Position numbers and translations under genes: made by a program. Positions 19,885 through 29,995 of a stretch of DNA of 64,000 nucleotides are shown here, piece by piece (the stretch's first letter is position 1; each line of letters opens with the position of its first letter). The notes beneath the pieces are model-generated. The model saw nothing but the letters and a program-made list of their open reading frames with translations. It made no database searches and was not told where the DNA came from. Source of the stretch: Patescibacteria group bacterium (lineage in GTDB: Bacteria; Patescibacteriota; Patescibacteriia; GWA2-46-9); assembly GCA_041660005.1 (NCBI GenBank), contig JBAZXG010000004.1, positions 69,720 through 133,719 on the forward strand. Direction: 5' to 3'.

Positions 19885-20275
19885 GTTCATTTTCTTGCGC
19901 GCCCAAGAAAACGAACCAAAAGAATGGCGCCCCGCATCGACACTTCTGGTCGGCAGCCATTCCGAAACGAACACGGCGGCAATGAACTTGCTCCGCTTCA
20001 GACAGCATTGCCGCTCTATCGTGTTCGTTTCGTCTGTCTGCTCTCCCTGGTCGATGAGGGGGTTTGACAGAGCGGAGCGTAATAATCCCATAAGATCGGC
20101 GTCGGTATAATGACGAGTGAAGAACCCCTAAACCCCTGACGTCCGGTCGTAGCAACAAGAGCGAAGGCTGCAGTGTTTGTGCGCAGTTAATAATTTTTGA
20201 CTTGCAGTTTTGACTTATGCCTTTTGATTTTTGACTTTCACTCACCTATATAGGTCGAGGACGTTATGAGTTAAA
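19885..20275. other. Structured non-coding element, copy 2 (left half intact, right half degenerate)
   Basis: Same motif order as 9445-9892 with different but complementary stems; tail CGAGGACGTTATGAGTTAAA (20256-20275) matches 9873-9892 at 19/20. Confidence 0.7.
20194..20240 (+). repeat. Short TTTTGAC/T repeats on a roughly 7-nt period
   Basis: TTTTGAC at 20195, 20208 and 20229; TTTTGAT at 20222. Confidence 0.7.
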
Positions 20276-20372
20276 AAAGAGAACTTAATCTTTCAATATT
20301 ATATCCGTCCTACTTAGTTCGACGATGCTCACCTGTTTGGTCACCGTGTGACACAACCACATAATATTGTCG

Positions 20373-20924
20373 TCAAACAAAATCAAGTAATTTTTCTAAA
20401 ACGCCGGGAAATTCTGTATACCCATCATTGCTGCCAAAGTGACCCGCGCTCTCAACTATTTCTAAGTGAGCCCCAAATTGTTTCTGAAGAATTTTTCCTT
20501 CTTGCACAGGAACATAGTGGTCATTCGTCGAAGCAAAAGCAGCAATGTTTGGACACACCAGCCGCACTTGCTTTGCATCAATTGGTTCACTCAAAAAATT
20601 CTCAATTTCAGAAATGTTAAGTGACGACGTAAAACCCGCCATGAGTACGGCGCCGCCAACGCGAACCGTTTTCGGCTGCAAAGCTAAGTAACGCAAGATG
20701 GTCACACACCCGAGACTGTGACCAACAAAATACGTCTGTTCGTTTGGTGTCCCGACAACATCTCTCAAATGTGCGACCCACGCTGCAGCTTGTGGATGAC
20801 TGGCGTCTGGCATTGTTGGCGCCATAACGGAGTAGCCGCGTGCCTCACACTCACGCCGCAGCCACGGGAACCAGTGATTTTCAGGACTACCTTTCCACCC
20901 ATGGACTAAACAAACACGCTTCAT
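20373..20924 (-). CDS. RBBP9/YdeN-family alpha/beta serine hydrolase
   Basis: VHGW, HWFPWL, GHSLG nucleophile, ND and AGHF motifs. Confidence 0.92.
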   Translation of the reverse strand: MKRVCLVHGWKGSPENHWFPWLRRECEARGYSVMAPTMPDASHPQAAAWVAHLRDVVGTPNEQTYFVGHSLGCVTILRYLALQPKTVRVGGAVLMAGFTSSLNISEIENFLSEPIDAKQVRLVCPNIAAFASTNDHYVPVQEGKILQKQFGAHLEIVESAGHFGSNDGYTEFPGVLEKLLDFV

Positions 20925-20940
20925 AATATTTCAGGAAGCA

Positions 20941-21162
20941 TTATTGTCCCACTACTTCATCAAGAGAGTCCGCTGCACTGGCGGCATCTTCACTCTGCAT
21001 AAATCGTTTTACTTCTTCAACGTCAAACGGGTTTACCCTAGTCAGCACTTCCTCGCCTAAACTTCCGTCCTCAAAGCGAGGCCTCGCATAAAAACATTCC
21101 CCTTCAACACGGCACGCCCATCCAACTCTTTGTTTCGGTTGCCTTACACCACGTTCAACCAT
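20941..21162 (-). CDS. Small hypothetical protein (73 aa)
   Basis: ATG at 21162, just after the giant gene's stop; fills the gap in the same direction. Confidence 0.45.
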   Translation of the reverse strand: MVERGVRQPKQRVGWACRVEGECFYARPRFEDGSLGEEVLTRVNPFDVEEVKRFMQSEDAASAADSLDEVVGQ

Positions 21163-21173
21163 GGTGAAACGTG

Positions 21174-24100
21174 TTAACGAGTGGCACCAGAGTAAGCAAT
21201 AGCGCGCACAGTGTCCCAATGTGTCGCTGAACTCGGTAAACGCTTGTAGATTGCTTTGAACGTTTTAATTGCTGACTGCTCCGCCTGCACATTGCGAGTG
21301 ACTGATCTCAACCCATACGCCATCACGGTAATAGCAGCATCATCGTGCGCGTTCGTTCTGTTCGCTTCACGCAAGTAAACTTTCTTAAAGGTCTTAGCAA
21401 CCGTTTGCTCGCGCACCGTACTGGTCTTCGACGGCCAACGTCCATTTGCAATCTTCAAAACGTCTTCCCATTCGGTTGCGGACTCTGGCACTTTGCCAAA
21501 CGCTTCACGGTAACTATTCACAACCCCGCCGCGTTCACCCGCACCTAATTTCAATGTTGTAGCCGTACCATACGTAACAAACGACAATACCTTAGCTCGT
21601 GTCACGGCAGACGTTTCAGTGACGATAATCTTAGCTACGATACTCGCATCGTAACGCGTTTCAAGGCCGGTATCTCTGACCTTACCTACCGCAGAAGCTA
21701 CCCCTTCGGTGTCGACCGTGTTAATACTACTTGCCTCCGTAATAATACTCTGCATCTGTCCTTGACGAGCAGTATCCACATCTGACGAAACGTTGGATTC
21801 ACTATTTGTCGTAATCTCGCTCGTTGGTTGTGTTTCGGTTGCTGGCGTTGGCGTATTTGTTTGTGGTGTATTACTCGAATTACTAATATAACCATAACCA
21901 CCACCGCTACCTCCAGCTGGACTACTCACGGCCGCAGCAGCTGTGGCTATAGAGACTTCACTCGATGCCGCAGACTCACCTGAAGCATTTAGTGCAGTAA
22001 TTTTGTAATAATACGTTGTTCCCGCACTTAAAGCGCTGTCAGTATAAGTAACCGTTGATCCGCTCGACACTGTTGGTTCGCTCCCGAGTCGCGAAAATGT
22101 TCCACCTGACGTAGCACTTCGATAAATGTCGTAACTCGTTGATCCGCCGACTGCAGTCCAGCCCATTATTATGGTCGTAGTAGTAGCACTTGTTTTTGCA
22201 AGTCCAGTCGGAGCTGAAGGAGCAGCCGGATCAGTTGAAACAACGGGTGCGTAGAGAGAGAAGTGATCTGTGGCAGCAGCTATAGTGACACTGGCAACGT
22301 TGGCATCAAATTCTGAAACTGTGTCGATGGTCGTTAAGTCGGCAATGGCGCTTCCGCTCGAATCTTTATACGTAATCGTACTCGCTTGCGGTACCCAGTT
22401 GGCTGTCGTTTCGTCCCAATAAGCCATTTTGAGCTGATCAGCTTCTTCCTTGGTATTAATTGACGCATCAGATGCTGAACGGGTTGCCTCAAGTTCAGCC
22501 ACTGTGTAATTCATTTCCACGTTTACTGAATCATTCAATGTATTAATTGGATTACCGGACGAGTTGGTCGCCTTGATTTCCTTTGCCTTGTTACCCACCG
22601 GTAACGCACTTGAGGTGGCGCGAACATTGTTGGTCTCTTTTACCTGAATGTTTCCAGCTGAGGTTGAGCTACCGAGAGCATTTGCTGGAATGGTTAATTT
22701 TACTCCAGCAGTTGTATCTTCAAGCGTACCACCAGAAGCTGGCGTAATGGGCTTAGACTTTGGTGCACGCAGAGAAACAGTTGTGGAGAGTGTTATGTTT
22801 TTGCCGCTCACTGAACCACCAGTGACATCAATTGGATTATTTGTGTAACCAACTTCTGCATAACCTTCAGCTACAGCGAATACTTTCCAAACCCCACCAT
22901 TAACCGGCAGGGTGTAATTCCCGTTCGTGTCGGCCTGCGTTCCACTAGAACCGCCACCTTGACGCTCTGCTCTGACAAATGCATTCGACGCGCCAACTGC
23001 GCCAATAAGAACTTGACCAGAAATTGTTGTCGAAGCAGTTGCGAGTGTTAGGGTGAGTCCTGTTAATGCATTATTAGCAACAGCAGCGGTCACTGCTATG
23101 GTTGATGGCTCACGGAAGTAACCTGGCTTCATTGCATTGATAAAGTAATCGGTTGTTGCATTGGCAACTTTCAAACTAAAAGTTCCGTCAGTCGCTGACT
23201 TGGTGCCAAAGTGAACACCAGTAGCTGCATTTCCAATTTCGACCCAAGCGTCAGCGATGACCGTGTTGTTACTATCCTTAACCGTACCAGAAATTGTGCG
23301 AAGTGTTGGTACTGTAACGGTTAACCCCTCAGCACCATTAACAACAACAATACCTGTGGTGTTGCTGTAGACCGTATTAACATCTGTTCCTGCAATATCT
23401 GTTGGCCCAATAATAACTCCCGGGATGTGAACATCAACTTTGTAAGAACCGTTCGGTAGCTGTAACGTGGCTGATGTGCCATTGTTAATTTGCACATGGT
23501 TACTGACACCCGTCGTGCCGAAAAGATCAATGTATGCTTCAGTAACCGCAGTTGAAACAGTGATGGTAATAGTGCGGGGCGCTGCTATAACAAAGTTCTT
23601 ACCAGTTACGTTTGCACCAGAAACATTAAAAGCATCCAAGGGCAAGGCCTCTCCAATGCCGGGCAAAAATGCTTTCAGAACGTAATTATTTCCTTCAGGA
23701 ACATTAAAACTGTATGTTCCGTCAGCGCCGGTAATTGCTTCGTTAAACTTTCCATTACCAGTCAAGCGAACAAAAGCCCCTTGGACATTCGAACCTCCAG
23801 AAGTTACGGTACCGGAAACAGAATAGAAAGTTCCGGTGCCGGATGGAGCAAAATTTTGATTAGCGACACTGTCACCGTTCACCGTTACGGCGACCTCGGT
23901 CAACTGACCATATTGCGGCAAGAAAGCGCCAACGTTCCAGGTGCCATTACTGACATACAACGTGTAATTACCCGACGAATCAGTGTTAGATTCCGCATGG
24001 CCAGGACCATCTGTGCGGTACGCATAAACTGACGCACCCTGAACCACGCTCGTGCCGTCAGTAACTTTACCGGAAATAGTATAATCTGGCTTCGCGACCT

Positions 24101-27100
24101 TAATAACAAAGGTGGTAGCCGCAGCAGCTGGTGTAATAGCAGTTGTCGCGCCATCGATCAAAAGATAAGTGGTGGCGTCACTCGTTATAGCCACCGGTAC
24201 TTCACGCGATGATGGCATACCCGGCACAAATGAACCTACAATATAAGTTCCGTCAGCTACGCCCAAGCTAAACGATCCTGTAGAATCAGACTGCACGTGT
24301 GTACCAAATCCGCCTTGCGGAGAATAAGCGTACACTTCAGCGTTCGCCATAACTTTATTAGATCCGTCTTTGACGACACCTCGAATTGTTTTAGAGGTTG
24401 AGGTCAAAGTAACGGCAATGATTCCGTCATTCGCCGTGCCGCTTGTTTCTGTAATGGTTGCCCCCTCTACGCGAACATTCTCTGGCTTGGGTGGCATATA
24501 GCTTGGTGTGGAAGGTGGCCCACCGGTGAAGCCCTTAGGCATCTGAGGGCCAACGCCGAGAGACCAATCGCCATCTGTCAGATAAATAGTAAAGTTCTCC
24601 GCTCCCGCACTAGCATCAAGTGTAACTTGTTTCGATTTAAAACCATTTGCTGAACTGGCAAAGATATCGAGTAGCTCGTTCGATGGACCGTCTATACGCA
24701 CGGTAACAGCTGTACCGCTAGCAGAAGCATTGGCAATGGTGAAATTATACGGAATGCTATTGTCATTTGCTCCAGCGTTCGCTGTATCAGCCGTTTCGTT
24801 AACAACAACTCTTTCTGGATTTGGTTTACCCGCGTATTCAGTGGCGCCGAGAGTCACGCTGGGGTCTGTAAACAACATATATTCACCAGCGGGCAAGTTC
24901 GCGAACGTGTAAGTAGCTGACCCACCAGCAAATGTAGAAGACGTTGCATCCATTGGACCAGTCATCGGTGACATCAAATAAACATTCACCGTTCCTGAAT
25001 TCGCCGCCGCGGCCGTTATGGTACCAGTCAACGTATAAGATTCGCCGCTTACTCCCTGGATAAAAAATGGCATTGACGTAGCTGACTCTAAAACAGTGCT
25101 ACCATTCTTCGTTTTGACGTCTACACTGTAACCAGTTGTGTTGAAATCTTTTGGTACCGTGGAATTCTTAATGCCGGCGATATCAATGGTCAAAAAATCA
25201 TGAGTATCTCCACTCTCGCTTCTTGTGGCAGCAGACAAATAAATAGTTACCGTTCTCGAAGAAGTATTCACAACGACGCCATCTCCAGCTAAGCCGCCCT
25301 GAGCAGCACCGGTGTCGTCTGCGTTTGCTGTGCCAGCACACGCAGCTCCGGTTGGCGCACCTGCTGTAGCGCACTTAAAGGTTACCGTCCCGGCGCCTGA
25401 ACCATTGAGATCGGTACGCATGGGACTATTAACGTCCTGCTTTGCGCCTGACACATCAAACCCTGTTGGGAAGGTTAGAACAACAGTTCCACTGGCTGGT
25501 ATCTGTGAAGAGACTGGTAACCGCACTCCATAAATAGTTGTCTGCCCCACCATGGCATTGAATGGTCTCACTTCAACCGAAGGTGCAAAGCCGAAAGTCG
25601 ACGACGAAAAATTCATTGGAACAAATCCACCTTGTTGCGAGAAGGCATCTCCCGAGAATGCGCCAGGGCCAAGAGCGCCTTTAGTGGTTGCGCTATTGGC
25701 TATAGGGGCTTTCCCGGTTGTCGCACCGCTAATCACATTACCAGAAAGATCTTTGACGTTTGCCAAAGATACGTATATTTCTTTGCCAGTCAGACCCGTA
25801 ACTCCGCTATCGTGATATCCACTAATACTAACCGTGTTTGTTGACGCATCATAAGCAAAATTGGCAGTAGCGGGCAGTGTTATGACTGTTCCGCTTGAAG
25901 AATCAGCTGGTGGCGTAGCATATTTAATGGTGTAGTTCGCGGGCTTAATGACGCTGGCTGCAAAATTTGCGGTATCCGTGGCCTTAGCCGCATTCATCGG
26001 TTCAGAAAAAGTAATCGCTAAATTGTAATCATCTGCGTTGATAAACGACACACTTGGAGCAACCGTGTCGGCACTTCCTGTTGTAAATGATTTCGTGGTC
26101 GCAGCGATAGCCACACCATTTATACCTTGAATGCCAGTCGTGAGGTTGAGCGTATAGGTAGTACTGGGAGACAAAGCTGATTGAGGCATGAACATGGCTT
26201 GACGCCCAACCGCATCATACTGCACCGTACCGTTCACAGAAGTCGAACCAACTGAAAGATAAAACGTAGTGGTTGTTATGGTCGAGGCGCTTATGTCTTT
26301 ATTGAACCCAACACTGATAGCACCAACATTGACTGGAACATTCGTCGCCGCATTATCTGGATACGAACCGACAACCGTCGGCGGGTTAGAATCAGCACCC
26401 GTGCCGGTTTTAAAATCAGCTTGGAACATTGAATTGGCGACCATGTTCGGCGGTGACAACGTAATCCCCGTGCCAGACTTAGCGCCCCCTAAAATCTTTA
26501 TTCGATAATTAGTACTCGCTGCAAATGCGCCAGAGTTATACGAACCACTCAATGTTACAGTAGCATTTCGCTTCGTCGTATCCAGAGCTACCGAACTAAT
26601 AGCTGAAGTTGATACATCTGTTTCACTAGTACCAGACACTGTAAAAAGTTTTACGTAATCCTTAAGTAAATAACTTCCACCATCGTCTGCCATGGCTTCA
26701 GAAAAATTAACGACAACTTTTGTATTTGTCGGGACACCAGCCGAGCCGGGTGGCGGCGTTGTCCCCATGACATGGGGTGGAACAAACTGACCAGATCCAA
26801 AAGTACCGCCACCACTGAATGTTCCAGTCTCGTTATTGAAGCCGCTAAAGTTTGCCGAAGAACCAGTTGTAAAGGTAAATACGTAACTACCATCAGACTG
26901 ATTCCCTTGAATGGCGTTACCAGAAGTATCAGTTACGTTGGAGCTAATTTTAACCGCGATATTTTTGTTATCTCCAAACGTATTAGATGCAGAGAATGAC
27001 CACACGGCCATATTAGCTTCTGGTGGAAGCATGGGAATGTTTGGAGCGGTTGAATAGTACGTCCACGTACCTTTTGTTGAAGTAATATCGGTAAGTGTGC

Positions 27101-29903
27101 CAGCAGAACTGACTTCATTAACGGTTAAATTTGTAGCGGTAATGGTTGACTGACTCATGGTTTTTGTAAACGCCACCATGATCTTGAAGTTCGTGTCCCC
27201 TCCTGGCATGTTCGTCATACCATCCATTGGACCAGTAAATTTAACTCGCGGATTCGTGGTGTCCCCACCAAAGCCACCGCCACCACCTTGCATCAACGAA
27301 AAACTATACGCAGGAGTAGAATCAGCCGTAGGAATGGCAAAAACTCCTTGCAATCTTCTCTCTGCATACCCTTCCTTAAGAGCGACGAGATCATATGATC
27401 CTGGTGGAATACTTCCCAGTGAATATGTACCGCCAGCGCAAGTAGTTGCGCTCGCCAGATTGTTAAATGCAGTACCATCAGCAAACACGTAGGCATCGGC
27501 CAAACAAGCGCTCGCTTGATCAGTAATGACGCCAACTAATTTATGCGTTGTAGCAAGCGCAGCGATACCAATAGTGAACGGCGTCGTGTTATCTGGCTGC
27601 TTAAAATTATAAGTATTCGTACCGTCCGTTGCACTAATGAAATAACGGATACCATTAGACGCAGAATTAGCGTGATCTACAACCGCTTGCGGAAGCGTAT
27701 ACTTCCAATAGCCAGCTGCAACATATACGCCATCTACACTTGAACCAACCGCTGGGTCGCACGAGGTACTGCTATTACAATATTTCAAGCTGGTCGTTAA
27801 AGCAGGGGTACTTGTCGGAGTGGCCATGTTGTCATTGACACGCGCCATCAGAATGCGATCAGCTCCGGTTTTTAACTGCATGACCGGCCTGTGCATGACC
27901 ATAGGTGGAGTTACGTCAGAAATCGAAGATACAGTTGTAAATCCTCTTACTGGTGTCTGTTCTAATGCCGTAGCCAAATCCGAGACATTAGCCACCGTTT
28001 CTGCATAGGTTTTTATTTGCCAATAATAAGTTGTGTTAGGTGATAGTGGAGTTGGTTGAGAAATAATCCGAAAAGTCCCTTGTCCATACATTAAGTTGCA
28101 GCTGGTAGCAGTACAATGCGAGCCATTTGAATTCTGACCGTCAGATGGTTTAGGGAAAGTATAATCCCATAAAGCCGAACCAGAAAAAGCCATGTTAGAT
28201 TTAACAATCACTCGATAACTATTTACACTAGCGTTCACTGAAGGGCTGAAACTGTAACCAGGTGGCAACTGTACGTTTGTTGCGTTTTCGCTTGGCATTA
28301 ATAAATTCAGACCGCTGCCGCCTGTGGCAAACACGCTAAAGCCATTCGGCATGGTGACAATTTGTGAACCAGTTGTAACTTTGACATCTCGGTTACCAAC
28401 TGTCGCTCCGCCGGCAATCGATAAATTAAAACTTAAGCTGGTTGTGCTACCAGCGGTCAGACTGGACACGGTAAGATTTGTGTCGTTCGTTCCACTGGAT
28501 AAAAACTGCACGGTGCTTGAGCCGCTAAACAAAGTGTTACTTCCTGTGATTGTTACTGCCATGTTTGACGCCCCCTGCGGACCTCCAGCCGGACTAACAT
28601 TAGTTATACCAGGCACGCCGCCACCAGACGAAGCAATGTTCAACGTAAATTGTTTGGTCGCGAGCACTGCCATAGCATCTCCTACCCGAATAGTCAGCGG
28701 ATAGCTTCCCGGAATATTGGCAACCGTGCCAGTAAGCTTATAGGTACCGCCATCATTAACAATCGCCAAACCAGCGTTCGTAAGTGTTGTGGTGTCACCG
28801 AGTGTTGGGGCGTCAAATTGTAAAGCGCCTGTACCGCCCTGTCCCGCAAAGCTTACGAGTGGCGCGGCGTTGTTGTACACAGTGCCAACTGTTGCTGTTG
28901 GAATAGTTGGAGTAATAATAGTCAGTGGTGTTGTGGCATTAACGGCATTTGTTCCAACGGCGCTACCACCAAAGTCAGCAATTTTATTGTTACCGGCAGC
29001 CAGCGTTGAGGGTGTGTTAACAAAATCATCGCCGTCAAGAGTGTCAGACAACGTTACGGTAGCAAAGTTCTGCCCCTCAGTGTGCATTACACCCGTAATG
29101 GTCGTACCACCCGTTGTTCCATTATCAACAAAGGTGAAGGGTGAATCAGCAAAAGCAATGTTTCCGCCACCCACTTTTCTGACTGGTTTATTAAAACGAA
29201 CGGTCAGTGTATTTGTTCCAGAAAATCCCTCAACGGCGGCAATGGCTGGCGCGGCGGTATCCGCACGTAAAAAATTCATTTCAAAATTCACGGCTGGTCC
29301 ATTACCGCCAGAGGTTACAACGCCACTTGCCGGAACAGTAGCTCTGATCTCATCATTATTCTCAACTGTGCCTGAAGTTTTTATCACCACGTAAAAAACA
29401 GTGGCGCTACCATTGGCAAGCGCTACCGGCGTCGCCGGCGTTAACGTTATGTTGGTAGTGCTCGGCGTCCAATCTGGTGAAGCCGCCAATGTAACAACTG
29501 CGTCAGTACCGTCAAATGAGTTGGCCGTTCCACCCGCATCATTATAGAGAGCAACTCCTGACGTCGCACCGGTGGCGATGGCAGCGAGGTCCCCCGCCAC
29601 AAACCCTGTTCCGCTAAAATTAACCGTCACCGATGTTAGGGTCTGGTCTACTGCATCAGCCGTGACTGAAATTTTCATAATGGCAATTGCCGGTGAAGTG
29701 GCTGGCACGAACGTCCCCTGGAAACTGCCATTGATTGTGCCATTCGTTACTGCGACTGCTGTTGCTGCACGCACAGCAAGTGGACTCAGTAATGTAATAC
29801 CCGGAAAAGAAAAAATGACAGCGGTGGCTGTCATGTACACAAAAAACTGCCGCACCGCACGACGGATGAACGCAAAAAAATGGCTACGCCTCCTCGTATT
29901 CAT
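21174..29903 (-). CDS. Giant (2909 aa) secreted surface protein: IPT/Ig-like (Big_5) domains, carboxypeptidase-regulatory-like repeats, FN3, low-complexity linker and C-terminal conserved domain
   Basis: Signal peptide (AVRA); D..PP.V....P.......P.N..I.V.F repeats; ISG.V.D repeats; PSAPTGL...YYYKITALN FN3. Confidence 0.88.
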   Translation of the reverse strand: MNTRRRSHFFAFIRRAVRQFFVYMTATAVIFSFPGITLLSPLAVRAATAVAVTNGTINGSFQGTFVPATSPAIAIMKISVTADAVDQTLTSVTVNFSGTGFVAGDLAAIATGATSGVALYNDAGGTANSFDGTDAVVTLAASPDWTPSTTNITLTPATPVALANGSATVFYVVIKTSGTVENNDEIRATVPASGVVTSGGNGPAVNFEMNFLRADTAAPAIAAVEGFSGTNTLTVRFNKPVRKVGGGNIAFADSPFTFVDNGTTGGTTITGVMHTEGQNFATVTLSDTLDGDDFVNTPSTLAAGNNKIADFGGSAVGTNAVNATTPLTIITPTIPTATVGTVYNNAAPLVSFAGQGGTGALQFDAPTLGDTTTLTNAGLAIVNDGGTYKLTGTVANIPGSYPLTIRVGDAMAVLATKQFTLNIASSGGGVPGITNVSPAGGPQGASNMAVTITGSNTLFSGSSTVQFLSSGTNDTNLTVSSLTAGSTTSLSFNLSIAGGATVGNRDVKVTTGSQIVTMPNGFSVFATGGSGLNLLMPSENATNVQLPPGYSFSPSVNASVNSYRVIVKSNMAFSGSALWDYTFPKPSDGQNSNGSHCTATSCNLMYGQGTFRIISQPTPLSPNTTYYWQIKTYAETVANVSDLATALEQTPVRGFTTVSSISDVTPPMVMHRPVMQLKTGADRILMARVNDNMATPTSTPALTTSLKYCNSSTSCDPAVGSSVDGVYVAAGYWKYTLPQAVVDHANSASNGIRYFISATDGTNTYNFKQPDNTTPFTIGIAALATTHKLVGVITDQASACLADAYVFADGTAFNNLASATTCAGGTYSLGSIPPGSYDLVALKEGYAERRLQGVFAIPTADSTPAYSFSLMQGGGGGFGGDTTNPRVKFTGPMDGMTNMPGGDTNFKIMVAFTKTMSQSTITATNLTVNEVSSAGTLTDITSTKGTWTYYSTAPNIPMLPPEANMAVWSFSASNTFGDNKNIAVKISSNVTDTSGNAIQGNQSDGSYVFTFTTGSSANFSGFNNETGTFSGGGTFGSGQFVPPHVMGTTPPPGSAGVPTNTKVVVNFSEAMADDGGSYLLKDYVKLFTVSGTSETDVSTSAISSVALDTTKRNATVTLSGSYNSGAFAASTNYRIKILGGAKSGTGITLSPPNMVANSMFQADFKTGTGADSNPPTVVGSYPDNAATNVPVNVGAISVGFNKDISASTITTTTFYLSVGSTSVNGTVQYDAVGRQAMFMPQSALSPSTTYTLNLTTGIQGINGVAIAATTKSFTTGSADTVAPSVSFINADDYNLAITFSEPMNAAKATDTANFAASVIKPANYTIKYATPPADSSSGTVITLPATANFAYDASTNTVSISGYHDSGVTGLTGKEIYVSLANVKDLSGNVISGATTGKAPIANSATTKGALGPGAFSGDAFSQQGGFVPMNFSSSTFGFAPSVEVRPFNAMVGQTTIYGVRLPVSSQIPASGTVVLTFPTGFDVSGAKQDVNSPMRTDLNGSGAGTVTFKCATAGAPTGAACAGTANADDTGAAQGGLAGDGVVVNTSSRTVTIYLSAATRSESGDTHDFLTIDIAGIKNSTVPKDFNTTGYSVDVKTKNGSTVLESATSMPFFIQGVSGESYTLTGTITAAAANSGTVNVYLMSPMTGPMDATSSTFAGGSATYTFANLPAGEYMLFTDPSVTLGATEYAGKPNPERVVVNETADTANAGANDNSIPYNFTIANASASGTAVTVRIDGPSNELLDIFASSANGFKSKQVTLDASAGAENFTIYLTDGDWSLGVGPQMPKGFTGGPPSTPSYMPPKPENVRVEGATITETSGTANDGIIAVTLTSTSKTIRGVVKDGSNKVMANAEVYAYSPQGGFGTHVQSDSTGSFSLGVADGTYIVGSFVPGMPSSREVPVAITSDATTYLLIDGATTAITPAAAATTFVIKVAKPDYTISGKVTDGTSVVQGASVYAYRTDGPGHAESNTDSSGNYTLYVSNGTWNVGAFLPQYGQLTEVAVTVNGDSVANQNFAPSGTGTFYSVSGTVTSGGSNVQGAFVRLTGNGKFNEAITGADGTYSFNVPEGNNYVLKAFLPGIGEALPLDAFNVSGANVTGKNFVIAAPRTITITVSTAVTEAYIDLFGTTGVSNHVQINNGTSATLQLPNGSYKVDVHIPGVIIGPTDIAGTDVNTVYSNTTGIVVVNGAEGLTVTVPTLRTISGTVKDSNNTVIADAWVEIGNAATGVHFGTKSATDGTFSLKVANATTDYFINAMKPGYFREPSTIAVTAAVANNALTGLTLTLATASTTISGQVLIGAVGASNAFVRAERQGGGSSGTQADTNGNYTLPVNGGVWKVFAVAEGYAEVGYTNNPIDVTGGSVSGKNITLSTTVSLRAPKSKPITPASGGTLEDTTAGVKLTIPANALGSSTSAGNIQVKETNNVRATSSALPVGNKAKEIKATNSSGNPINTLNDSVNVEMNYTVAELEATRSASDASINTKEEADQLKMAYWDETTANWVPQASTITYKDSSGSAIADLTTIDTVSEFDANVASVTIAAATDHFSLYAPVVSTDPAAPSAPTGLAKTSATTTTIIMGWTAVGGSTSYDIYRSATSGGTFSRLGSEPTVSSGSTVTYTDSALSAGTTYYYKITALNASGESAASSEVSIATAAAAVSSPAGGSGGGYGYISNSSNTPQTNTPTPATETQPTSEITTNSESNVSSDVDTARQGQMQSIITEASSINTVDTEGVASAVGKVRDTGLETRYDASIVAKIIVTETSAVTRAKVLSFVTYGTATTLKLGAGERGGVVNSYREAFGKVPESATEWEDVLKIANGRWPSKTSTVREQTVAKTFKKVYLREANRTNAHDDAAITVMAYGLRSVTRNVQAEQSAIKTFKAIYKRLPSSATHWDTVRAIAYSGATR

Positions 29904-29995
29904 ATATTGTGTTTTAATTTTTTGTTAGGTTTTAACACCTAAATTATATTTATTTTCTACAGTTTAGCACATTTTTTAACATTTTGCAAGTGTTT

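Noticed and set aside
20194-20240. Short repeats as a CRISPR or iteron array
   Set aside because: Units are only 7 nt, with no spacers and no cas or rep gene.
19849-20245. Four short overlapping ORFs
   Set aside because: They fall on element copy 2 and the heptamer repeats; likely spurious.
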